62,383 nucleotides of DNA from an uncultured archaeon (GTDB lineage: Archaea; Thermoplasmatota; Poseidoniia; MGIII; CG-Epi1). Positions within the stretch are counted from its first letter, which is position 1. Each line of letters begins with the position of its first letter. The position numbers and the translations under genes are program-made. Positions 1 to 9,938 of this stretch are shown here, piece by piece. Where the stretch lies: positions 1 through 62,383 of the forward strand of contig CAZOEZ010000002.1 of NCBI GenBank assembly GCA_964578995.1. The letters run 5' to 3'. Under the pieces are notes generated by a model. The model saw only the letters and a program-made list of their open reading frames with translations, did no database searches and had not been told where the DNA came from.

Positions 1-866
1 CTGCATGCGCCTCTTTTAGTAACAAAATTATAGATTCCACCTTTACCTTCTTTGTCTCCCGGATACCAATTTTGAACAGTTGAATATTTTATTTCAGCAT
101 CATCTAATGCTACTAATTCTACAACTGCTGCATGCAGTTGATTTTCATCCCTTTTTGGTGCTGTACAGCCTTCAAGATATGAAACATAAGCTCCTTTGTC
201 TGCCACAATCAAAGTTCTTTCAAATTGTCCTGTATTCTGCTCATTAATTCTAAAATATGTGGATAATTCCATAGGACATTTTGTTCCTGGCGGAATATAA
301 CAGAAAGATCCATCTGTGAAAACTGCCGAGTTTAAAGCAGCGTAGAAATTATCTGATTGTGGTACAACTGAACCCATATATTTCTTAATTAATTCAGGAT
401 GTTCTTTTACAGCTTCTGAAATAGAACAAAAGATAACTCCTTTTTCAGCTAACCTCTTTTTGAAGGTTGTAGCTACAGACATTGAATCAAATACAGCATC
501 TACAGCAACACCAGCTAGTATTTCTTGTTCTTCAAGAGGTATTCCTAATTTGTTGTAAGTTTCTATCAATTCAGGATCAACGTCTTCTAGACTTTGAGGT
601 CCATCAGATGCATTTTTAGGGGCTGAATAATAGCTAATTCCTTGATAATTAATAGCTGGATAGTCAACATTAGCCCAATGCGGTTCCTCCATTTTTAACC
701 ATATTTTGTAAGCTTTTAGTCGCCATTCAGTTAACCATTTAGGTTCTCCTTTTTTCTTTGAAATGAATTTAATTACTTTTTCATTCAAGCCAGGAGGTAA
801 TGTTTCTGACTCAATATCTGTTACGAATCCATATTTGTATTCCTGTTCAGCGTATTCCTTTAACAT
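1..866 (-). CDS. sufB: Fe-S cluster assembly protein SufB (partial; C-terminus lies beyond the left window edge)
   Basis: Absent from the ORF track because it is open at the edge. My minus-strand translation from the ATG at 866 gives [21 protein letters not shown]...[28 protein letters not shown]...[14 protein letters not shown]...[21 protein letters not shown], the conserved SufB core. An alternative TTG start at 890 would overlap the upstream stop by 4 nt (TTGA). Confidence 0.85.
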   Translation of the reverse strand, partial: MLKEYAEQEYKYGFVTDIESETLPPGLNEKVIKFISKKKGEPKWLTEWRLKAYKIWLKMEEPHWANVDYPAINYQGISYYSAPKNASDGPQSLEDVDPELIETYNKLGIPLEEQEILAGVAVDAVFDSMSVATTFKKRLAEKGVIFCSISEAVKEHPELIKKYMGSVVPQSDNFYAALNSAVFTDGSFCYIPPGTKCPMELSTYFRINEQNTGQFERTLIVADKGAYVSYLEGCTAPKRDENQLHAAVVELVALDDAEIKYSTVQNWYPGDKEGKGGIYNFVTKRGAC

Positions 867-886
867 TTCAGTTTCAGATTCTTGAT

Positions 887-1336
887 TCAAAGATTACCGC
901 CATCAATTGATAACGTCAATAATTCATTTCCATGATTGTGAATCATTTCATTCAATTTTATTTCTTCAAGAGCAGATTTGACAGTTTTATTGATCTTTTG
1001 CCATGGTACTTCGACACTACATTTTGATTCATAAGAACAGGCGCATTCATTTGTGGAACATTCAGTTAAAGCAATTGGCCCTTCTATAGATTCAATTATT
1101 GAAGCAATCGAAATCGTTGTTGAAGATTCAGCCAATGCATACCCTCCCTGGTTTCCTCTTTGAGAGGTTAACAATCCACTGTTTGACAGTTTCTTTAGAA
1201 GCCTAGTTACAGTTGGTAAAGGGATATTAGTTCGTTTGGAAATTTCTTTTGCAGTATGTACTTTTGTTGAGCCCATTGCTGCAATCTCCGTCATAATTAT
1301 GATACTATAGTCCGTAAGTTTGTTGATTCTCATCAT
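887..1336 (-). CDS. Rrf2/IscR-family transcriptional regulator, probable Fe-S sensing
   Basis: N-terminal winged helix typical of Rrf2 ([41 protein letters not shown]) plus a Cys cluster ([14 protein letters not shown]). Lies immediately upstream of and abutting sufB. Confidence 0.85.
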   Translation of the reverse strand: MMRINKLTDYSIIIMTEIAAMGSTKVHTAKEISKRTNIPLPTVTRLLKKLSNSGLLTSQRGNQGGYALAESSTTISIASIIESIEGPIALTECSTNECACSYESKCSVEVPWQKINKTVKSALEEIKLNEMIHNHGNELLTLSIDGGNL

Positions 1337-1354
1337 GTGTATGTGCCCCAGAGT

Positions 1355-1373
1355 AATTGGACTAAATTGGTCC
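1355..1373. promoter_or_regulatory. Candidate operator in the Rrf2/nadA divergent promoter (AATTGGAC-TA-AATTGGTC; imperfect palindrome GGAC-N7-GTCC)
   Basis: Seen in sequence about 20-35 nt upstream of the Rrf2 start, where an archaeal TATA/TSS would sit. Function is pure inference. Confidence 0.2.
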
Positions 1374-1448
1374 TATTTAAAACTCGCCTTGGTCTAGGCC
1401 TTAACATCACTCTTATATTCCTGCATATTAAGACATATTTGGGTAACC

Positions 1449-2540
1449 ATGGAATCTAGTTCTGCAGGGATGGAAGAACTTACTTTAGAGTCTGTAAAAG
1501 CAGAGATTTATTCACGAAACAATCCGAATCTAACTCCTGTTGACATTGAGCTTCATGCAGAAACAGTATATCGAATTTTAGAATTGAAGAAAAAGCACAA
1601 TGCTGTAATTTTAGGCCACAATTACATGGAACCGTTAGTTTTTGGACTCTCAGATCAGGGCGAACAGGGAGATTCTCTTGCTTTGAGTATGAGTGCAGTC
1701 CAAACAGATTCAGACTTTATCATATTTAACGGCGTAAGATTTATGGCAGAAACTGCTAAAATTCTTAATCCTAACAAAAAAGTTTTGATAGCAGATAAAA
1801 CAGCAGGTTGTTCTCTTGCAGATGATTTTGGTGCAGAAGATGTGAGGATTCTTAAGGAAAAATATCCGGATGTTCCAGTGATGATTTACATCAATAGTTA
1901 TGCTGATGCTAAGGCCGAATGTGATGTATGCTGTACTTCAGCAAATGCCGAAGAAATTGCTATGAAGATGCCGGGTGATGAATTAATTTTTGTTCCGGAT
2001 CTCTTCTTTGCTCAGAATTTAGAAAATGTATTGGAGGGTCAAAAGAAAATTTTGTATCCCGGCAAAGAGAATAGTGCTAAGGGAGCAGTTTGTGAAGTTC
2101 ATGAAAAATTCACTTTAGAGGACATAATTGCTATAAGAGAATCATTTGAAATTGGCAAAAACCATCCAAAAAGAATGATGTATGTTCATTGGGAATGTAA
2201 ACCTGAAGTCCTTCAGGAAGCTGATTATTATGGAAGTACGGCACAAATAAGAAATGATATTGCAAAAAGAGTAGAAGGTGGTAACCTTGAGAAGGCGTTC
2301 ATAGCTTCGGAATGTGAATTAACCTCAAATTTGATGGAAGAATTTCCTTCCGTAGAATTTGCTACAGCATGTTCAGTTCGTTGCAATCATATGGCTAAAA
2401 TATCATTGAACAAAATAAAACCAATTCTTGAGGCTATAGATTCAGGTGCGGATTTATCAAAATGGGAAGTTGTACTTTCAGAGAGTACTATTCAACGTGC
2501 TTCTAAACCAATACAAAAGATGCTTTCGCTTAGTTCCTAA
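1449..2540 (+). CDS. nadA: Quinolinate synthase NadA
   Basis: Motifs VILGHNYM, GVRFMAETAKIL, AGCSLAD and CCTSANA are typical of NadA. Confidence 0.9.
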   Translation: MESSSAGMEELTLESVKAEIYSRNNPNLTPVDIELHAETVYRILELKKKHNAVILGHNYMEPLVFGLSDQGEQGDSLALSMSAVQTDSDFIIFNGVRFMAETAKILNPNKKVLIADKTAGCSLADDFGAEDVRILKEKYPDVPVMIYINSYADAKAECDVCCTSANAEEIAMKMPGDELIFVPDLFFAQNLENVLEGQKKILYPGKENSAKGAVCEVHEKFTLEDIIAIRESFEIGKNHPKRMMYVHWECKPEVLQEADYYGSTAQIRNDIAKRVEGGNLEKAFIASECELTSNLMEEFPSVEFATACSVRCNHMAKISLNKIKPILEAIDSGADLSKWEVVLSESTIQRASKPIQKMLSLSS

Positions 2541-3570
2541 ATCTTCTTGCTACAAAAGCTAAAGCAGGAACAGCTAAGATAATTTCGAATCCAGGTAAAC
2601 CTAGAAGACCATCCTCATCTCCAAGCAATTGTGTAGCTTTCATTAGGTTAACAGTTACAATGGCTTGATTACCTGTGCCATTTGCTGAACCATTACCGCC
2701 GGCAGGCATGTGATCAAAAGTAGTGTAATCCATCATAAGAGAGATTCCATTGCCAGTAACTTCAGTCCAAGTTATTATTGTGGAAGTTATTTCGGCAGTA
2801 CCATTAGTTAAGGTAATGGCATATTCAGAGCCTTCAGTGACCTCTGCTTTTTTGTTATCAGCCATATATCCCTCATCTCCCATAAGCATTACAAATCCGC
2901 CATCAAGATTAGTATCCCAATTTGTAGGCCAAGCTTCAGCAAATTCTACATTAACTTCAGAACCTTTCCACATTGCACCAAAGAAAAAGATGTGATTTCC
3001 TTTAACATTCATACCAGTATCATACGTTACATTATCATGATAAATATCTACATCTTCCCAACCTTCATACCATAATTCAAGGGCAAATGTGTCTCCGGCA
3101 GCTAATTCGATTGCAGTACCAATATTGTATGTTTCTTTCTCTAAATTGGCTCCATCACCTTGACAAGCTTCAGTATTTTCACTCACTTGTTGATCGTTGT
3201 GATGAATATAGAAAGTCCATTCACAATCAGGCTCATAGTCTTCTCCTTTAACTTCCCACCAGATATCGGTAGTTTCGATATTTATGGACATATCAAATTC
3301 TACGGGATCACTTGTCCATGTCCCTACTTGAGTGGGTTGTCTATCTGTTCTGAATAAAGGATATTGTGTATATTCTGCCCTTCCAGTACTGTGAGCCTCA
3401 GGATCCATAGGTAGTTTATTTTGAGGCGTTAAACTTTCTTTATCTTCTTTTAAGTTGAATTTAAGTTGTAATTCAGGATTCTCATACGTAGGTTCCTCAG
3501 CATTCACGCTCATTGAAGCCAAAATCAAGGTCGAAAATACGAGCACTAAGCACGCTGTAATCCATCTCAT
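2530..3570 (-). CDS. Secreted surface protein with PGF-CTERM archaeosortase sorting signal (unknown family)
   Basis: N-terminal signal peptide (MRWITACLVLVFSTLILASMSVNA). C-terminal GLPGFEIILAVPALAFVARRFRN (PGF motif, hydrophobic helix, basic tail) preceded by an N/G/S-rich linker. Paralogous to the next gene. Confidence 0.65.
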   Translation of the reverse strand: MRWITACLVLVFSTLILASMSVNAEEPTYENPELQLKFNLKEDKESLTPQNKLPMDPEAHSTGRAEYTQYPLFRTDRQPTQVGTWTSDPVEFDMSINIETTDIWWEVKGEDYEPDCEWTFYIHHNDQQVSENTEACQGDGANLEKETYNIGTAIELAAGDTFALELWYEGWEDVDIYHDNVTYDTGMNVKGNHIFFFGAMWKGSEVNVEFAEAWPTNWDTNLDGGFVMLMGDEGYMADNKKAEVTEGSEYAITLTNGTAEITSTIITWTEVTGNGISLMMDYTTFDHMPAGGNGSANGTGNQAIVTVNLMKATQLLGDEDGLLGLPGFEIILAVPALAFVARRFRN

Positions 3571-3596
3571 GGACTACGTCCATTGGGTTCGTTTTA

Positions 3597-4676
3597 TTAA
3601 AGTTCTCTTCTAGAATAAACTACGCAAAAGAGAGTAAAAATAACTAAAATAAAATTAAAACCAGGAACAGGTAAACCACCTTCGTCATCACTCGAACTTC
3701 CAGAACCTTGTTTCAATATATCTACGGTTTTAAATTCTATAGGTGGTGCACTATCACAACTTCTTCTAGTTAGTGAGAAACTAATAACAGATTGATCCAG
3801 TTTTGCATACTCATCATCAACATACCAGGTAATCTTTGTAGAGGTGATAGTTGTTCCATTTAGGTCATAATCCAAACCATCTTCAACAATAGGGTAACCA
3901 CTTTTTTGAAGTGAACTATTCAAGCCAACTCCATCTACGATTAGCCTAATGGTGTTTCCATCTACAGCTTCTTCTGCGTCAGTATCCCAAGCTTGAACAA
4001 AATCAAAACTAACAGCTTGTCCATTAATACCTGATTGACCAAATTTAATTGCGTCAGCACCAAAAGCTACTCCGCTATTGAAGCTTACATTATCATAGTA
4101 TATCTCTATATCCGAAAAAGCCCAGTATTCAATTTCTATATCAAGAATAGCACCAGTAGGTGCTGAACTAATATTAATATTGCCAACCTGCCCATTCCAT
4201 TCACATGGTTTAGACTGTGCACATTCATGGTCTCCGCCTCCTTCATCAGTGTAATATGCAGCATCTTGTCCATCAATATTTAATCTGAAGCGATATTGAA
4301 CCTGCGCATCATAACCGTCATCTTGTCCTTCGTCGGTTTCTCTCCACCAGATGTTAAATTTTACGGGGCCGCCTAATCCTATATCAAACACATTTCCATT
4401 CGCTGTCGTCCAAGTTCCAACATCTTTCCATTCGCGAGTTCTTCCAACATCCCCTGAAATGAAGTTCTCCCAAGATCTTGGTGGATTTTCCTTGATTGCT
4501 TCTCTAGTATTGTCTCCCCAAGTTTCAGGCGATAAATCATTCATTTCTTTCATATTAAGGTGTATATGTTCAGTACCTCCAGTCAGAACCGTCTCAGCTT
4601 CAGTATTTGGAACAAAAAACAAGGTCATGGATAGAAACATTAACGCGCAAATTAGGCTTACACCTTTTTGGTACAC
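3597..4676 (-). CDS. Secreted surface protein with PGF-CTERM sorting signal, paralog of 2530..3570
   Basis: Signal peptide, then C-terminal GLPVPGFNFILVIFTLFCVVYSRREL after a GSGSSSDDE linker. Shares VGTWT, IWW.E, C.W, IY.DNV and ITST.ITW blocks with the neighbour. Confidence 0.65.
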   Translation of the reverse strand: MYQKGVSLICALMFLSMTLFFVPNTEAETVLTGGTEHIHLNMKEMNDLSPETWGDNTREAIKENPPRSWENFISGDVGRTREWKDVGTWTTANGNVFDIGLGGPVKFNIWWRETDEGQDDGYDAQVQYRFRLNIDGQDAAYYTDEGGGDHECAQSKPCEWNGQVGNINISSAPTGAILDIEIEYWAFSDIEIYYDNVSFNSGVAFGADAIKFGQSGINGQAVSFDFVQAWDTDAEEAVDGNTIRLIVDGVGLNSSLQKSGYPIVEDGLDYDLNGTTITSTKITWYVDDEYAKLDQSVISFSLTRRSCDSAPPIEFKTVDILKQGSGSSSDDEGGLPVPGFNFILVIFTLFCVVYSRREL

Positions 4677-4748
4677 AAAATGGCATTATTGCTGAACACT
4701 TAATAATTTACGGTCAATAAAGATTAAGACCACAATCTTTCACCAACC

Positions 4749-5045
4749 ATGACTGAATTCTCAGTAACTAGTGAAAGAATAGACAAATATTTGGGTTTAA
4801 CGGCCAAAGCTTTGGAAAAAGTATCTATTATTGGAAAGCCTGGAAGTGATAACCATGCTAAGGCCGAAGATATACTGGGGATGGTCAATGCATATTATTC
4901 AGATGCAAAATATTTCTTAGATGATGGACGTGGTGATGATGCCTTTGCAGCTATCAATTATGCACATGGTTGGATTGATTGTGGAGTAAGATTAGGCTAT
5001 CTTGATGGAAAAGGTGATTGGAAATTATTTACACTGAATAGTTAA
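4749..5045 (+). CDS. Small conserved archaeal protein, DUF357-like
   Basis: 98 aa. The pattern AINYAHGWIDCGVRLGYLD resembles the DUF357 family as I recall it; not verifiable here. Confidence 0.4.
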   Translation: MTEFSVTSERIDKYLGLTAKALEKVSIIGKPGSDNHAKAEDILGMVNAYYSDAKYFLDDGRGDDAFAAINYAHGWIDCGVRLGYLDGKGDWKLFTLNS

Positions 5046-5275
5046 TTCGCCCCAATGCGAATAGATCCATCTTTGTAATGAATATGGATATTATTTCTCA
5101 TATATTCAGCAAGATTTGAAAGAGATTCATAGACATCATCTTCTTTCATTTTTAATGCAGTAGCAGCTTTCTTAGTAGACCAAGCTTTTTCTACAAAATC
5201 ATTAATTTTTAGGTATTCGTAGACTTTTTTGTCAGCAGCAGTAAGGTCACTAAGCCCCATTACTATGCTATACAC
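5042..5275 (-). CDS. Hypothetical 77-aa protein, possible small winged-helix protein
   Basis: ORF only. LTAADKKVYEYL is weakly TrmB/MarR-like. Last gene of the gatD-pepS-topIB co-directional string. Confidence 0.35.
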   Translation of the reverse strand: MYSIVMGLSDLTAADKKVYEYLKINDFVEKAWSTKKAATALKMKEDDVYESLSNLAEYMRNNIHIHYKDGSIRIGAN

Positions 5276-5290
5276 TTAGGGTGTTTAAAC

Positions 5291-6415
5291 TTATCTATTT
5301 TCTAAATACCTGATAACACGACTTTCATTTTCAGTAAGAGGATACATTTGTTCCCCCAAGGTTTCTTTCCACAATCTGAAAAAAGAACCTCTAAGATAAT
5401 CATTTAAGAATCTAGGGTGAATGTAGGATCCTCTACAAACAGCAGGTGTGTTTCCTAATTTAATAGAAACTTCTTTTACCATTTTAGTTATATTTTTCTT
5501 CCGCTGTTTTTTGTCATCTTTCTTTCGGAATTCAGCAATTGATTTTGCTGCAAGTTTAGTTCCACCCCATGTTCTAAAATCTTTAGCTGTAAATTTTTCT
5601 CCAGAGATATCCTGGATATATTCATTCACATGATATGCCTTTACATCTTGTTCATTTCCTTTTTCATCATAAAATAAAAACAAATCATCATTTTTTCCTT
5701 TTTTGGCATCTTTACACATCATTACGAGAGCAGGTAAATCAGGTATTTCTTCGTCATTAATTTCTATTTCATGTTTTTTGTTACTCTTTCCAACAAATGT
5801 AAATTTGCCTCCTACTTGAGAGTCATACCATTTGTCGGCATCATCAGTTATCTCCGTAGGTTCAAATTCCATATGTTCGTCTTGCATTGTTGACAATCCA
5901 TATGTTGCTTTTTCTTCATCATCTCTTGAAGTCTCATTTCCTATTCTAATAAATGTAGTATCTAATAATCTAACAATTAGTGCCATTACTCTCTCATAAG
6001 GCAAATCTTTCTGTTTTTTGTTACCTTCATTGGCTAGATCTTCAAAATATTTATCTCTGATTTTTGGTAAAACCCTTCCAAATGTGGACATTTTATCGAA
6101 TTTTGCCTCACTTCTAAGTTGAGTCCATATTCGATGATAGATGTATTGTTTTCTTTTCTTTGCATCAATACCTGTAGCTTGCAAATGGCCATTTTTCTCT
6201 CCACATATCCAGATATCAGTCCATGCGGGAGGAATCCTCATTTCCTCTATTCTTTTTAGATCTCTTTTTCCCTTCAATGGTTTTCCATTTGTATCTAGAA
6301 AGATATGTTCCTCTTCTTTTATTTGACGAGTATATCCAGATTCAGAATCACTTGAATAATATAGGCCGGCCTGTTCAGCACTAGCGATTGCATCATCTCT
6401 GTCGTCTTCGTTCAT
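5291..6415 (-). CDS. DNA topoisomerase IB, short bacterial/poxvirus-like type
   Basis: Motifs RIPPAWTDIWI, HLQATGIDAKKRKQYIYH, FTFVGKSNKKHEIEI and TAKDFRTWGGT. The C-terminal LGNTPAVCRGSYIHP carries the catalytic Tyr context of bacterial TopIB. Confidence 0.85.
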   Translation of the reverse strand: MNEDDRDDAIASAEQAGLYYSSDSESGYTRQIKEEEHIFLDTNGKPLKGKRDLKRIEEMRIPPAWTDIWICGEKNGHLQATGIDAKKRKQYIYHRIWTQLRSEAKFDKMSTFGRVLPKIRDKYFEDLANEGNKKQKDLPYERVMALIVRLLDTTFIRIGNETSRDDEEKATYGLSTMQDEHMEFEPTEITDDADKWYDSQVGGKFTFVGKSNKKHEIEINDEEIPDLPALVMMCKDAKKGKNDDLFLFYDEKGNEQDVKAYHVNEYIQDISGEKFTAKDFRTWGGTKLAAKSIAEFRKKDDKKQRKKNITKMVKEVSIKLGNTPAVCRGSYIHPRFLNDYLRGSFFRLWKETLGEQMYPLTENESRVIRYLENR

Positions 6416-6416
6416 C

Positions 6417-7532
6417 TTATATCAAATTTTCTTGATTCAGTCCCTTTAGTTCTGGTAAAATGAATTCACCGTCTTTTCTGATTAGGACATCATCGAACCA
6501 AATTTCTCCACCCCCATAATCAGGTCTTTGAATAAGTACCATGTCCCAATGTACGTCAGATCTATTTCCATTGTCTGCAATATCGTAAGCGTTTCCAGGA
6601 GTGAAATGGAAACTTCCAGCTATTTTCTCATCAAATAGAATATCTTTCATTGGTTCAGTTATGTAGGGATTAAATGCAATAGCGAATTCACCGATATATC
6701 TTGCGCCTTCATCTGAATCTAAAATTGAATTTATTTTTTCATCATCGCTTCCTGTAGCTTTCACAACTTTACCTTTTTCAAATTCTAATCTAATATCATT
6801 GAATACCGTACCATGATAGAGCGTTTCTGCATTAAATTGGATGTGACCTTCAACTGAATCTTTAACGGGTGCTGTAAAACATTCACCATCTGGTATGTTT
6901 CGTTCTCCTGCACATCTTATTGCAGGTATTCCTTTAATTGAGAATTTCAAATCGGTTCCAGGTCCCTTTATGTGAACTTTCTCTGTATCTGTCATTAATT
7001 TTTCTAAAGGTTTCATTGCTTCATCCATTTTCTTATAATCTAGGCAGCAAACATCGAAATAGAACTTTTCAAAAGCTTCAGTAGACATATTTGCTTGTTG
7101 AGCCATAGAGGGAGTAGGCCATCTTAGTACAACCCATTTTGTGTTCGCCACTCTCTCTTGAAAATGTACTTTTTGTAATAATTGTGATTGATAAACAGCC
7201 ATCTTTTCTGAATCAACATCAGACATTTCAGAGATGTTCAAACTACCTCTTAATCCAATATATGCATCCATTTTTTCCATTCTAAATTTTTCTACATCTC
7301 CAATAAGCCCCATATGATCATCGCTTGTATCAGATATCAATTCTTTGATAATCAAGTTATTTTTCCAAGTAACAAATGGTTCACCACCAGCTTTTCTTGC
7401 AGCACGTATGGTTGCAATTACCATTTCTTGAGGAATATCAAAAGCTTCAATCAGTAATTTTTCACCTTTTTCTAGAGCGCATGAATGGTTGATAAGTACG
7501 TCTGCTAATTTTTCCAATTGTGGATTAATCAT
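6417..7532 (-). CDS. Aminopeptidase, peptidase family M29 (AmpS/PepS-like)
   Basis: Length and N-terminus ([24 protein letters not shown]) plus the C-terminal GEFAIAFNP...HWDMV block are typical of M29 thermophilic metalloproteases. Confidence 0.8.
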   Translation of the reverse strand: MINPQLEKLADVLINHSCALEKGEKLLIEAFDIPQEMVIATIRAARKAGGEPFVTWKNNLIIKELISDTSDDHMGLIGDVEKFRMEKMDAYIGLRGSLNISEMSDVDSEKMAVYQSQLLQKVHFQERVANTKWVVLRWPTPSMAQQANMSTEAFEKFYFDVCCLDYKKMDEAMKPLEKLMTDTEKVHIKGPGTDLKFSIKGIPAIRCAGERNIPDGECFTAPVKDSVEGHIQFNAETLYHGTVFNDIRLEFEKGKVVKATGSDDEKINSILDSDEGARYIGEFAIAFNPYITEPMKDILFDEKIAGSFHFTPGNAYDIADNGNRSDVHWDMVLIQRPDYGGGEIWFDDVLIRKDGEFILPELKGLNQENLI

Positions 7533-7568
7533 ACGTCAACAATGAGACTGCGGTCTAAAGAGATTTCC

Positions 7569-8834
7569 TTAATCTAGTTTTCTAGAATTTGAAATTTCAC
7601 CTACTAAATTCTTCCCCATCATTTCATTTATTTCATCTGGATGATGTTTTGATAACCACATCATCTTCACAAGGGCAGTTTCTGGTAACATGTCATAAGT
7701 TTCCACCACTCCCTTTTCTAGTAGTTTTCTTCCATTTCTATAAACATTTAGATTAGTTGAACCTGAAAGACATTGGCTGGACATAGTAACTGGAATATTT
7801 TTGGTTGTTTTACCAATAACATCCAATAATTCAGAATTTATATGTCCTAATCCTGTTCCTGCAATAATGATACCATTTTTCCCGTTTGCAATGTTCTCCC
7901 AATCTTGAACACTTAATCCGGGATGTGACCAAACCATCCCAATATTATCGTCAAAGCCAGCTTTTATTGCAGTTTTTTCCGAAGTTGATTTGTATTTTCT
8001 TTTCCATTCTATTTTATCGCTTACAATCCCTATAGGTCCTTCATTTGGTGAGGTAAATGCATTTCTCATAGAGCTATGTGCTTTTCTAGCGCGATTACCT
8101 CTCCATATTGCAACATTTCGATCGTCAGTAGTTTCGTGCATAGCTATACAGACTTCACCTAAATCGCTCATAGCGGTTTTAGCTGCACCAACTAAGTTTA
8201 AGTGCGCGTCACTAGAAGGTCTGTCTGGGCTACGTTGGGCACCTGTAAATACAACGGGATTTGATATTTCAGGAAGTTGGAATGCAAGAGCGGCAGCAGA
8301 ATATGCCATGGTATCAGTTCCATGGCCGATTACAATTCCATGATTGTTTTTGTCATGTATTTCTTTTACTTTAATGGCCATATCTTCCCAATGGTTAGGT
8401 TTCATATCCTCGGACGCCAATGAAAAAAGTGGTTCAGCATTGATGTTAGCAATCTCGTCTAAAGCCTTAACAGAATTCACTAGTTGTTCTGCTGTGATTG
8501 CAGGGCTTACTGCACCTGTTTTGTAATCAATAAATGATGCAATAGTCCCTCCTGTTCCTAGGATTGTAATGTTTTGGAGATCTTTATTTTTCTTTTTTGT
8601 TTCTACTACAGTCTCTTTGGGTTTTGCCTTCGAAAGAACAGACAACTTTGCTCCTTCCGTTGACACTCCAATATTATATCCATTATCTAATTTTACAATC
8701 ATGATATTTTCTTCAGAAAAGTTGTGTTTAGGCATTATTAATCCTTCATAAGTCATGGATTCAGTTTCTATTCTAACTCTATCATGGACTTCAGCTCCAT
8801 TGTCGCTAATGAACTTTTCTGCCGACATAGGCAT
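7569..8834 (-). CDS. gatD: Glutamyl-tRNA(Gln) amidotransferase subunit D
   Basis: Archaea-specific GatD architecture: N-terminal beta domain followed by an asparaginase-like domain (ILGTGGTIAS, HGTDTMAYSAAAL). Confidence 0.9.
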   Translation of the reverse strand: MPMSAEKFISDNGAEVHDRVRIETESMTYEGLIMPKHNFSEENIMIVKLDNGYNIGVSTEGAKLSVLSKAKPKETVVETKKKNKDLQNITILGTGGTIASFIDYKTGAVSPAITAEQLVNSVKALDEIANINAEPLFSLASEDMKPNHWEDMAIKVKEIHDKNNHGIVIGHGTDTMAYSAAALAFQLPEISNPVVFTGAQRSPDRPSSDAHLNLVGAAKTAMSDLGEVCIAMHETTDDRNVAIWRGNRARKAHSSMRNAFTSPNEGPIGIVSDKIEWKRKYKSTSEKTAIKAGFDDNIGMVWSHPGLSVQDWENIANGKNGIIIAGTGLGHINSELLDVIGKTTKNIPVTMSSQCLSGSTNLNVYRNGRKLLEKGVVETYDMLPETALVKMMWLSKHHPDEINEMMGKNLVGEISNSRKLD

Positions 8835-8878
8835 ATGCCTTCAGTCAAGCGAGGTTTATTACTATACAGCCCCTATGG

Positions 8879-9937
8879 GTGAGTGTGGGTTTACTAGATA
8901 GATTCAAGAATTTGAAGGAAGCCGCTCAAGAGTGGACTGAGGGCTCAAGTTTAGCTTCTTTAGATAAGAAAATAGAAAAAAATTTAGTAGCAATGGAGAG
9001 CGGTTCTGAATTGGAACGTACTGCAGCCGTCAAGGCTCTCACAATTCAGGCACAAACTGATGAAAAATGGACTGATCCAATAATAAATTCATTCATCAGA
9101 GTACTACCTAATCAGCCAGGTTCTACCCAAGAAGCAATAATTGATGGATTGATGGAACTGAGAAAATCCAAACCATCTCGAGACAAAGATATTTTTGGAG
9201 CAATTCAGGAAACATTTGATAGTCCTCACCCTTCTGTTAGAAGTAAAACGGTCGAGATTTGGACTCGTTTTTCTCTTAAATCGGACGCTAAGAAAAGTGA
9301 TACAATAGCTGACTTATTTGAAATATTAAGCGATGAAGATAAGGACGTTAGATACCAGACACAAGAATCGTTGGTAAAAATCTTGAATACAGTACCTAAG
9401 GCAGCACTTCCTGAACTCAAAAAAGCATTAGGAGATGATGACTGGCGTGTAGTCTATCATTCAGTGGTAATTTTAACAGAATTTGCTAAAAAGTATCCAG
9501 TCCCTTCTGTTGCTTTAGCACCTGAAGTTATTGGAGCCTTTAATTCTGGAGAACGTCTGAAGGAAAGAGCTGCCGATTGTATAGGTATTTTAGGTCTCGC
9601 GAATCCTGAGGTAATGAAACCTGCCGTTCCAGGTTTGATTAAAGGTCTTGGAAGTAAATCTTCCGAATTACGCAAAGCTTCAGCTACCGCTCTTGGAAGA
9701 ATAGGGAGTAAGAATGCAATGGTTGTTTTTCATGCAGTACCTAAGCTAGCCAAGGCTCTAAAGAATGAAGACTGGTATGTTCATACAGAGGTCGTTAAAG
9801 CTTTAGGTTACATAGGCTCGAATAAACCTACTTTGGTTAAACCACATTTAGCATTAATAGAGAATAGAACAAAAACTGGAGCCGATCGAAAGATTTGTGA
9901 TGCTGCTAAATGGGCTCTTAAGAAGGCTGGAGGGTAA
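8879..9937 (+). CDS. HEAT/PBS-lyase repeat protein
   Basis: GTG start. Repeated HEAT-like units (ERTAAVKAL, DVRYQTQESL, DWRVVYHSVVIL, ELRKASATALGRIG, DWYVHTEVVKALGYIG). Confidence 0.7.
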   Translation: MSVGLLDRFKNLKEAAQEWTEGSSLASLDKKIEKNLVAMESGSELERTAAVKALTIQAQTDEKWTDPIINSFIRVLPNQPGSTQEAIIDGLMELRKSKPSRDKDIFGAIQETFDSPHPSVRSKTVEIWTRFSLKSDAKKSDTIADLFEILSDEDKDVRYQTQESLVKILNTVPKAALPELKKALGDDDWRVVYHSVVILTEFAKKYPVPSVALAPEVIGAFNSGERLKERAADCIGILGLANPEVMKPAVPGLIKGLGSKSSELRKASATALGRIGSKNAMVVFHAVPKLAKALKNEDWYVHTEVVKALGYIGSNKPTLVKPHLALIENRTKTGADRKICDAAKWALKKAGG

Positions 9938-9938
9938 A

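Noticed and set aside
2750-4695. Plus-strand ORFs 2750-2995, 3160-3357 and 4351-4695
   Set aside because: They are antisense shadows within the two PGF-CTERM genes, which have coherent signal peptide, domain and sorting-signal architecture on the minus strand.
9897-9938. 14-codon N-terminal extension of rlmE
   Set aside because: It overlaps the HEAT-protein 3' end. The ATG at 9939 gives the canonical RlmE N-terminus and lies 2 nt after the upstream stop.
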